A stretch of DNA of 64,000 nucleotides from an uncultured Gemmatimonadaceae bacterium (GTDB taxonomy: Bacteria > Gemmatimonadota > Gemmatimonadetes > Gemmatimonadales > Gemmatimonadaceae), in assembly GCA_963817955.1 (NCBI GenBank), contig CAWFQK010000004.1, positions 352,001 through 416,000 of the forward strand, given 5' to 3'. Shown here in pieces: positions 34,705-42,791 of this stretch (position 1 is its first letter; each line of letters opens with the position of its first letter). The notes below the pieces were generated by a model that was not told the origin of the DNA, did no database searches, and saw only the letters and a list, made by a program, of their open reading frames with translations. Position numbers and translations under genes: made by a program.

Positions 34705-37177
34705 GAAGTCTGACGGGACCGTAGCGCCCGAAATCGATCTTCCGGCGCCCCGATTTGCGACCGGCTGGGCGTCGCTCGTCTATGCGCTCGCCACACTGCT
34801 GCTCGCGTATCCCGCCCTCGCCGGGATGTTCCTGATCAATACGCGAAGCGACCAATACATCGCGGGGTACGCGTTCCGCGATTTCGCGGCGCAGTCGCTC
34901 AAGAGCGGCCACGGCATTCCGCTCTGGAATCCGTTCATCTTTGGCGGCCTGCCATACGTCGCCGCCATGCACGGCGACATCTTCTATCCCACCGCGCTGT
35001 TGCGCATGATCATGCCCACGGACATGGCCATGACGTGGGAGTTTCCGATTCATCTATTCCTGTGCGGGCTGTTCACCTATCTGTTCCTGCGCGCCTGGCG
35101 TTTCGGATTCTACGGCGCGCTGATCGGCGGCCTGGCGTACATGCTCGGCGGATCGATCGCGGGCACCGCGTCGCCGGGCCACGACGGGAAGCTGTTCGTC
35201 AGCACCATGCTCCCACTGGTATTGTTGCTCGTGACGCGCGGCATCCGCGACGGCCGCGCGTGGTCATGGGGCGTGCTGGCGATCGCAATCGGCCTCGCGG
35301 CCCTCTCGCCACATCCGCAGCTCCTGCAGTATCTCCTGCTCACAGCAGGTGCGTTTGCGCTCTACGTCGCATTCGCCGAGCATCCGGGGTACGGCCGCGT
35401 CCCGCGCAACACCGCCATCCAGCGGCTCGTGTTCGCTGCGGGCGCCGTGGCGCTTGGCATGTTGATGGGCGCCGTGCAGTACGGTCCCGCGCTGTTCGAG
35501 TACAAGGCATGGTCGCCGCGGGCCGCCGGGCATGATTACGCCACCGCCACGAGCTACTCCTTTCCCATTGAGGAAACGCTCAACGCATATCTCCCCCAGT
35601 TCTCGGGCATTCTCGCGCGGTATTGGGGACGCAACGGGATCCACCTCCATAGCGATTATTTCGGCGTCGTCGTGCTGATGTTGTTCGGCGCCGCGTTTGG
35701 TCAGACGGGACGAAAATCATTCCGCCGATTCTGGGTCGTCACGGGCGCCGTGGCGTTGATCTGGGCGTACGGCGGGAATACGCCGTTCTTTCACGTGATT
35801 CTCGCCGTCGTGCCGGGAACGAAGTACTTCCGCGCTCCGAGCACCATCATTTATATCGTCGCCTTCGCGGTGGCCGTTCTCGCGGCCCTCGGCATGGAGC
35901 GCCTGCTTGCGCGGAGAGTTGGCGTGAAGTACGCGCTCGGGTGGGGGATCGCCGCCCTGGTATTTGCGCTGTTGATGATGGCGGGCGGCTATTCCGTACT
36001 CTCGAACGCGGTGCTCAGCGCCATGAGCTCCATATACACGCCACAGGACATCGCCTTCTTGACGCAGAAGGCGAATGTCAATGCGCCCGATGCCATGCTC
36101 GGCGCATGGCGCTCGTTCCTATTTGTTGCGCTCGCGGGAGGGGGTATCTGGGCGTTCGTGACCGGCAAGCTGAACGCCCGGGTCGCCGCAGCCGCACTCG
36201 TCGCGCTGACCGCCGTCGACCTGTGGTCAATCGAGCGGTTCTATTGGATCTTCTCGCCGCCGGCGGCCACACTCTACGCCACCGATCCAGCCATCGAAGC
36301 CATCAAGTCCGACATCGCGAAGAATGGAGTGGGACGCATCTGGACGGAGGCATTCAGTCGCGACATCGCTCCGCATGATCCCGCGTTCGGTTACGACGGC
36401 CTCATGTCGCACGGGTTGCGGATTGTCGGGGGCTACCACGGCAATGAGCTGGGAATGTACGACCAGCTACTCAGTGTGGACTCGGGGCAGGTGGTTTTCT
36501 CTCCGCAGTTCTGGCGGCACGAGGACGTCCGCTATCTCTACACGGGTGCCGACACAGCACTGATCGCACAGCTCGCAGGGCAGCTCAAAGTACCGGCATT
36601 CACCAGGCTCGCCGGTCCAGTTCGGGACGCAGCGGGTTCGACGGTTTACGCGTACAAGCTTCCGGCGGATAACCGACCCGCGTGGGTCGCGTCAGCCATG
36701 GTGAAGGCGCCAGAAGCCCAGGCCCTCGCTACGGTACTCGACCCACGGTTCGATCCGACAACGGTGGCCATCGTCGATACGTCGGCAGCGGCCATTCAGG
36801 CGCAGCAGCTTCAGGCTTTGCCGGCAGCCGCCACGGTTCGCGCGACGGTTTCCGCCAGCGCACCAGGCTCATACGACGTTTCACTGGACGCACCGGCAGC
36901 AGCCGGCCAGGCCTTGGTCGTCTCGGAAAACTACTTTCCCGGATGGCACGCGACGGCAGACGGCAAGCCTGCCGCGGTTGCCCGTACGAACTTCAATCTT
37001 ATTGGCATCGCGTTACCGCCAGGCGCAACCTCGGTGAAGCTCCGCTTCGACGATGCCGCGTACGAAAAAGGGAAGTCGATCACTCTCGCTGCAGTAGCGC
37101 TGGCAATTGTTCTGTGGGGTATCGGACTCGCCGTCGACCGACGGCAACGCACCAACATCGTTCCGATGACCGGATGA
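34697..37177 (+). CDS. YfhO-like GT-C membrane glycosyltransferase
   Basis: PLWNPFIFGGLP..FYP, many TMs, YFRAP, C-terminal LVVSENYFPGWHA. Confidence 0.85.
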   Translation: MAKKSDGTVAPEIDLPAPRFATGWASLVYALATLLLAYPALAGMFLINTRSDQYIAGYAFRDFAAQSLKSGHGIPLWNPFIFGGLPYVAAMHGDIFYPTALLRMIMPTDMAMTWEFPIHLFLCGLFTYLFLRAWRFGFYGALIGGLAYMLGGSIAGTASPGHDGKLFVSTMLPLVLLLVTRGIRDGRAWSWGVLAIAIGLAALSPHPQLLQYLLLTAGAFALYVAFAEHPGYGRVPRNTAIQRLVFAAGAVALGMLMGAVQYGPALFEYKAWSPRAAGHDYATATSYSFPIEETLNAYLPQFSGILARYWGRNGIHLHSDYFGVVVLMLFGAAFGQTGRKSFRRFWVVTGAVALIWAYGGNTPFFHVILAVVPGTKYFRAPSTIIYIVAFAVAVLAALGMERLLARRVGVKYALGWGIAALVFALLMMAGGYSVLSNAVLSAMSSIYTPQDIAFLTQKANVNAPDAMLGAWRSFLFVALAGGGIWAFVTGKLNARVAAAALVALTAVDLWSIERFYWIFSPPAATLYATDPAIEAIKSDIAKNGVGRIWTEAFSRDIAPHDPAFGYDGLMSHGLRIVGGYHGNELGMYDQLLSVDSGQVVFSPQFWRHEDVRYLYTGADTALIAQLAGQLKVPAFTRLAGPVRDAAGSTVYAYKLPADNRPAWVASAMVKAPEAQALATVLDPRFDPTTVAIVDTSAAAIQAQQLQALPAAATVRATVSASAPGSYDVSLDAPAAAGQALVVSENYFPGWHATADGKPAAVARTNFNLIGIALPPGATSVKLRFDDAAYEKGKSITLAAVALAIVLWGIGLAVDRRQRTNIVPMTG

Positions 37178-37968
37178 CGACTGAGTCCCGTAACGCCGGC
37201 CAGACGCTGGCCGCCGCAGCCTCCCCTGAAAGCGGAGAAGCCGCGGCGGCTGAGCGCGCGTTGGTCATCGTTCCGACGTACAACGAACGGGAGAACATCG
37301 CGCGCCTGATCGATGCCGTGCTGTCGCAGGATCCGCGTCTCGAGGTTCTCGTGGTCGATGACGGTTCGCCCGATGGCACGGGTGACATAGTGGAAGGGAT
37401 CATCGCCGGGAATTCACGGGTCCATATATTTCGGCGCCCGAGAAAAATGGGACTCGGGACCGCTTACATCGTCGGTTTCCGTTGGGCGATCGAGCGCGGC
37501 TACGACTTCGTCTTTGAGATGGACGCCGATTTTTCACACGATCCCGCACATCTGCCGGAGTTTCTCAAGGCCGTGGCAACCCACGACCTTGTGCTTGGAT
37601 CCCGCTATCGAGACGGCAAGGTTACGGTGGTGAACTGGCCAATCGGCCGGCTGATCCTCAGCTATTTTGCCAATGTTTATGCCCGGGCCGTGACGGGATT
37701 GCCGCTCTGGGATGCGACCGGAGGGTTCAAGTGTTTTCGTAGAGAAGTGCTGGAATCCATTGATTTATCAAGAGTTGTTTCAAACGGGTACGCATTTCAA
37801 ATAGAGATGAGCTTCCGCGCGTGGAAGCGCGGCTTCCGCATCGCCGAGATCCCGATTGTGTTTGTGGATCGCACAGAGGGTGAGAGCAAGATGTCCAAGT
37901 CCATCGTTCGCGAGGCCGTATGGATGGTCTGGCGCCTCAGATGGTGGAGCATTACCGGGAAGTACTGA
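37174..37968 (+). CDS. Polyprenol monophosphomannose synthase (GT2, Ppm1/DPM1-like)
   Basis: VPTYNE, VDDGSPDGT, GLGTAY, EMDADFSH, GYAFQIE. Confidence 0.9.
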   Translation: MTTESRNAGQTLAAAASPESGEAAAAERALVIVPTYNERENIARLIDAVLSQDPRLEVLVVDDGSPDGTGDIVEGIIAGNSRVHIFRRPRKMGLGTAYIVGFRWAIERGYDFVFEMDADFSHDPAHLPEFLKAVATHDLVLGSRYRDGKVTVVNWPIGRLILSYFANVYARAVTGLPLWDATGGFKCFRREVLESIDLSRVVSNGYAFQIEMSFRAWKRGFRIAEIPIVFVDRTEGESKMSKSIVREAVWMVWRLRWWSITGKY

Positions 37969-37990
37969 TCTCACGGTTTGAGAGGACGCG

Positions 37991-38818
37991 ATGATTCCCG
38001 TCGGTCGAGCGTTCTACAAGATGAGCGGTTCGGGCAATGACTTCGTAATGATCGATGCCCGATCGGAGGCTCGTGGCCAGTTGGGAGATGAGGCGGTCAT
38101 CCGGCGAGTCTGCGCTCGCGGGACCGGCGTAGGGGCTGACGGCATCGTCTTCCTCGAGCCCTCATTGATGGCGGCAGCCATAAAGGTCGTGTACCTGAAC
38201 GCCGACGGGTCGAGGGCAGATCTGTGCGGCAACGCAACCCTTTGCACGGCTCGACTCGTCGTCGAGCTCGGGGTTGCTCCGGCGTCGGGTTTTGCGATCG
38301 AGACAGACACCGGGTTGGTGGCGGCGAGGATCATCGCCGACCGTCGGCCCGAGATCGACCTTCAGCCGGTTACTGACGTCAGCCACGTCGCGCAGGGTAT
38401 CGAGCCGCAGCCACATGAACGGCGCGTCGGGTTTGCACTCGTCGGCGTGCCACATCTTGTCATTCGATGCGATGATGTTGCGACTGTGGACGTGGTGGGC
38501 CGCGGGCAGCCATTGCGGCGCCATGCGAGCCTGAGGCATGGCGCCAACGTGAACTTCGTGTCACCCCGCCAGGATGGCGGGTGGCGAATCCGCACGTACG
38601 AGCGCGGCGTTGAGGCCGAGACATTGGCCTGCGGCAGTGGAGCCGTGGCGACCGGGATCCTCCTGACGGCCTGGGGCGACGCGACTGGGCCGGTGTCCCT
38701 GGAAACCAGGTCAGGAAGGAGCCTCCAGGTGCGCCTGCGTCGTTCTGGCTCGAGCTGGCTACCCAGTCTGAGTGGCGAAGGTAGGGTCGTGTATCAAGGA
38801 CTACTTTCAGAGATATAG
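37991..38818 (+). CDS. dapF: Diaminopimelate epimerase
   Basis: KMSGSGNDF, CGNA, ERGVEAETLACGSG. Confidence 0.93.
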   Translation: MIPVGRAFYKMSGSGNDFVMIDARSEARGQLGDEAVIRRVCARGTGVGADGIVFLEPSLMAAAIKVVYLNADGSRADLCGNATLCTARLVVELGVAPASGFAIETDTGLVAARIIADRRPEIDLQPVTDVSHVAQGIEPQPHERRVGFALVGVPHLVIRCDDVATVDVVGRGQPLRRHASLRHGANVNFVSPRQDGGWRIRTYERGVEAETLACGSGAVATGILLTAWGDATGPVSLETRSGRSLQVRLRRSGSSWLPSLSGEGRVVYQGLLSEI

Positions 38819-38910
38819 CCCAAGTCGCTGTGTTGGGCTGGCTTACAAGACTCACGACGCTGCCACCTAGAAGTGCACACCCCAGTTCTCCACAGGGTTT
38901 CCTCAGACGT

Positions 38911-38938
38911 AGTTTACATAATACATCTTATACGTGAA
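38911..38938 (-). other. dif site (XerC/XerD chromosome dimer resolution site)
   Basis: Minus strand TTCACGTATAA-GATGTA-TTATGTAAACT: 11-6-11 layout, XerD arm matches the B. subtilis dif arm TTATGTAAACT; lies where gene orientation flips. Confidence 0.88.
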
Positions 38939-39102
38939 CTTATGGAGCCGCTATTTGAGCCTGTGGCGGGCGCTGTTGGCCTGGTGTCGTCAAGGACTGC
39001 TGTCCTGGTGTCGCTATTCGCAGCAGCCACCGCGTGTCGGCTTCGATAGCCGCCGAGACCATGGACCCCGGGTAGAGTCGTACAGCTCGCATTCGAGATA
39101 AA

Positions 39103-39171
39103 CAAAAACCACGGAGCCAGACTCAGCTCCGTGGTGCAAAAAAGCCACGGAGCGTAACTCAACTCCGTGGC
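39103..39171 (-). terminator. Two tandem, mutually similar intrinsic terminators
   Basis: ACCACGGAGC/GCTCCGTGGT (39108-39135) and GCCACGGAG/CTCCGTGGC (39144-39171), each followed by a T-run on the minus strand. Confidence 0.8.
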
Positions 39172-39190
39172 GTCGGTCTGTCGATTTGGC

Positions 39191-39859
39191 TTATTTCTTT
39201 GCGACCTGAACCGTCAGCTCGCCCAGCCGAACTCGAGCTTCGGCTGCCATACTTTGACCCTTGGGGTCGTTCAGCAGGCTCGTCCAGACGCGTCGCGCCT
39301 GTGCAGTGTCACCAGCCACGGTGAACGCGCGGGCCGCTTTGGCCCGCTGGAAGGCGTTCTCAGTCTCGTACGTCGTTGCGGCTGCGGCCTGTTCATACAG
39401 CTTCGCGCCTTCACTTGCCTTGTTCATCTGCGTGTATCCGTCGCCTTCGAGGCTCAGGATCGTCGCCTCGACGCCGGCCGTGCCGCTCCCACCGGATGCC
39501 TTCTGCAATATCGTGATGCCATCCTGATACTTACCGGCATCGTAATCGATTTGGGCCAGCAGCATCGCCGCTTCCACGCCAGGCGAAGTCGATGCGTATT
39601 TCGCGTATACGTTCTTCAGATCGCTCTGCGCGAGCGCTAGGTTGCCAGCCGTCATCGACTGCTTCGCCGTCGCGAGCGCCTTTTCCGCGTTCATTGTCGT
39701 GATTTGCTGGGATCGCATGTAGAACCAGTAGGCCCCAGCGGCCACAACGACGATCACGGCCCCAACCGTCAATGCCTTGGCGTTGATCCGGGTCCAATCG
39801 ACGAACGTTTGCGCGCGGTCAGCTGCGGTAATGCCGGTGTCTGGACGAGTGCTAGTCAT
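39191..39859 (-). CDS. Membrane-anchored TPR protein (YfgM-like)
   Basis: One N-terminal TM (ALTVGAVIVVVAAGAYWFY) then Ala-rich helical repeats; ATG 39859 preferred as start. Confidence 0.75.
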   Translation of the reverse strand: MTSTRPDTGITAADRAQTFVDWTRINAKALTVGAVIVVVAAGAYWFYMRSQQITTMNAEKALATAKQSMTAGNLALAQSDLKNVYAKYASTSPGVEAAMLLAQIDYDAGKYQDGITILQKASGGSGTAGVEATILSLEGDGYTQMNKASEGAKLYEQAAAATTYETENAFQRAKAARAFTVAGDTAQARRVWTSLLNDPKGQSMAAEARVRLGELTVQVAKK

Positions 39860-40120
39860 GTCGGATGCAGGTTGGTGAGCTGGTCGCGGTTTGGTTTGGT
39901 TCGGTTCAGCTTGGTGCAACACGATTCCACCAGGTCACGTATCGTAGCCTCACCTATGCCCGAGCGAAACGAGTCTCTACGCCGCCTGCGCGAGCACAAT
40001 GGGCGCGTACGAGCCAATCGGGTAAAGTAGCCGAAGCCTAGGTGGCCGGCAACATCTCGTCGTTCGCTATACCATTAATTCACCGTCCGACATGGCACGC
40101 GGCTAGCTGGGTGCGAACCG

Positions 40121-41912
40121 ATGAATTCCTTTCAATCACCGGACGAAGTCGAACATAGAGACGGGGTCGAGAAGCTCGGAGACTTCACGACGACCCCGCG
40201 CGTCCTCGTCATCTCTCTTCTCGCGGTCGTGGTCGGCGCGCTCGGTGCGGGGGTCGCGCTCGTCCTCCTGCGCCTGATCTCCTTCTTCACGAACGTCTTC
40301 TTCTACCAGCGCTTCTCGATCGAGCCCGCCTCCCCCGCCTTTCACCACCCCGGCGTCGCCGTCGTACTGGTGCCTGTCGTGGGGGCGCTCGTCGTCGGCG
40401 TGATGGCGCGGTACGGATCGGAGCGGATCCGGGGCCACGGTATCCCCGAGGCGATCGAATCGATCCTCATCGGTGGCAGCCGCGTCGAGCCGAAGCTCGC
40501 GATCCTTAATTAAACCCCTCTCCTCGGCCATCTCGATCGGCTCGGGTGGTCCGTTCGGCGCCGAGGGGCCGATCATCATGACCGGCGGGGCGTTCGGCTC
40601 GCTCATCGCGCAGCTCTTCCGGCTGACGAGCGCCGAGAGGAAGACGCTTCTCGTGGCGGGCGCGGCGGCGGGCATGGCGGCGACCTTTGCAGCGCCGGTC
40701 GCGTCGGTCCTTCTCGCCGTCGAGCTCCTCCTTTTCGAGTGGAAGCCGCGGAGCGTCATCCCGGTCGCACTTGCGAGTGGGACGGCGGGCGCGGCGCGCC
40801 GGTACCTCATCGGTCTCGGCCCCCTTTTCGCGGTGCCGCCGCACCCGTCGTTCATCGGACCCGCGGGGCTCGCCGGCTGCCTGCTCGCGGGAGGCCTCGC
40901 CGGCGCGCTCTCGGCGCTCCTCACGCTGATGGTCTACGCCGCCGAGGACGCGTTCAAGAAGCTCCCGATCCACCGGATGTGGTGGCCGGCGATCGGCGGG
41001 CTCGTCTTCCCGCAGGCGCTCGGGATCGGCTACGAAACGATCGGCGCGCTCCTCCAGGGGGACGTCGCCCGCCGTCTCATCCTCGGGATCCTCCTCGTGA
41101 AGTCGATCATCTGGGCGGTCTCCCTCGGCTCGGGGACCTCCGGCGGCGTCCTCGCCCCGCTCCTGATGATGGGGGGCGCGCTCGGCGGCCTCGATTCGGC
41201 ATTCCTGCCGCACGAGGGGACCGGCTTCTGGCCGCTCGTCTCGATGGCTGCGATCCTCGGCGGGACGATGCGTTCTCCGCTCACCAGCGTCGTCTTCGCC
41301 CTCGAGCTGACACACGATGTCAACATGCTCCTGCCGCTCCTCCTGGCCGCGATCGTGGCGTACGGCTTCACGGTCCTGACGCTCCGCCGCTCGATCCTCA
41401 CCGAGAAGGTCGCGCGCCGCGGCTTTCACCTCTCGCGCGAGTACGCGGTCGACCCGCTTGAGATCCTCTTCGTGCGCGAGGTGATGAGGACGAGCCTCGT
41501 CGTCCTTCCCGAGAACGCCACGGCGGACCAGCTCTCGGCGCTCCACGGCGAGCGCGGGCGAGGGCAGCACCTGTTTCCGATCGTCGACGGCGACCGCCGG
41601 ATGATCGGCGTTCTCACGCGGCGCGACCTCCTGAAAGCGATGGAGCGGACGGGCGACAGCCCGCCCCTCGCCGGCTTCGAGCGCGCGCCGGTCATCGCCT
41701 ACCCGGACGAGTCGCTGCGCGTCGTCGTCTACCGGATGGCCGAGACTGGCCTGACGCGGATCCCGGTTGTCGACCGGGACGATCGGCGCTCCGTCGTCGG
41801 CATCGTGTCGCTGAACGACCTCCTGCAGGCGCGCGTGAAGAACCTCGAGGAGGAGAAGCGCCGCGAGCGGGTGCTCCTCACCCGACTTCGCTTCCCGATC
41901 GGGCGACACTGA
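40121..41912 (+). pseudogene. ClC chloride channel/antiporter with CBS pair, frameshifted
   Basis: GHGIPE, GPFGAEGP, GTSGGVLAP, CBS domains; TTAATTAA at 40506-40513 creates a stop and frameshift. Confidence 0.85.
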
Positions 41913-41915
41913 AAT

Positions 41916-41948
41916 GACGGAGGCCAGGCGAGATGCCTGGCCTCTGTC
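41916..41948. terminator. GC-rich hairpin between the convergent ClC gene and tRNA
   Basis: GACGGAGGCCAGGC-gagat-GCCTGGCCTCTGTC. Confidence 0.6.
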
Positions 41949-41953
41949 GCAGG

Positions 41954-42027
41954 TGCCCTCGGCGCGATTCGAACGCGCGGCCACCCATTTAGGAAACGGG
42001 TGCTCTATCCAGCTGAGCTACGAGGGC
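41954..42027 (-). tRNA. tRNA-Arg(CCT)
   Basis: GCCCTCG acceptor stem, TAGCTCAGCTGGATAGAGC D arm, CCCGT-TTCCTAA-ATGGG anticodon arm, GTTCGAATC T loop; followed by CCT rather than CCA. Confidence 0.96.
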
Positions 42028-42399
42028 GTAGTCCCGTCAGCGCCCACAGCGGTGCTGTGCTAGAGCAGCGAACTGATCTGCAGATCCCAGTGGTCGCCGC
42101 GGGCGCATTAAAGCCTGCCGCAGCCTCTAAGCTAATGCGTCAGTAGACCGTGCGCGACCAGTCCAACATATCGCCTCACCCCCCTCTGCTTCCAATCAGC
42201 GTCCGGCATGTGTGCGATATCGTGGCGAGGTTTGGACTTCGCTCGCCCTACCCTCTCCCTACCGGGAAAATCCACGGCTAGTCCAATCGGGGCCCGATGA
42301 CTTAGACTTCTTCATTATGTCCGCCTTGGCTTCTTTTGTTTCCCTCCTGCGGACAGTCTCTCTTTTTTTGTGAGTTGCATATCCCAGGATTTGGCTGGG

Positions 42400-42625
42400 T
42401 CGTGGCGGAACCTCAGTTCTTCGGCGGCACGACCTATCCCGCGCCAGCGGTAGCGACGGAGGAGACGCGGCTTATCTTTATGCCGCGCGGCGACTTTGAG
42501 CATCGTTACCGCAATAACCACGACCCTGCGCCGGCAATCATTTGCCCGCTGGGTCGCTGGCTGCGGGAGTTGGTGCATCTCACGGAAACGCTTGCCCTCC
42601 GTGAGGTCGCCGTGCGTCTAGCCAT
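42400..42625 (+). pseudogene. Crp/Fnr family regulator remnant
   Basis: VAEP..GGTTYPAPAVATEETRLIFMPRGDF..LRELVHLTETLALREVAVRLA resembles the end of the cNMP domain plus C-helix; N-terminus and HTH missing. Confidence 0.6.
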
Positions 42626-42743
42626 CTGCTGGTGGGATACAATGACTCGTGCAGCCCATCGAACGCCGCCTACTCATTCCCGATAATTACGCAGCTGCGC
42701 GCACTTCTTCCGGCAACAGAATGATCACCGAGCATGCGGGGGC

Positions 42744-42759
42744 GGCGACGTCCGTCACA
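42744..42759 (+). promoter_or_regulatory. Putative Crp/Fnr-type box
   Basis: GGCGA-N6-TCACA versus consensus TGTGA-N6-TCACA, centred ~40 nt upstream of ATG 42792. Confidence 0.4.
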
Positions 42760-42791
42760 CCCCGATCCGCTCACAACGTTAATGGTTCGGG

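Noticed and set aside
38886..38940. TTCTCCACA DnaA-box-like 9-mer plus AT-rich patch as oriC
   Set aside because: Single mismatched box, no dnaA/dnaN nearby, genes converge rather than diverge, and dif explains the AT-rich patch
38914..39162. 82-aa minus-strand ORF across the terminators and dif
   Set aside because: Overlaps non-coding functional sites and has no coding-like composition or motif
39103..39171. Two palindromic repeats ~36 nt apart as a mini-CRISPR
   Set aside because: Only two units, no spacer of adequate length, no cas genes; T-tracts fit terminators
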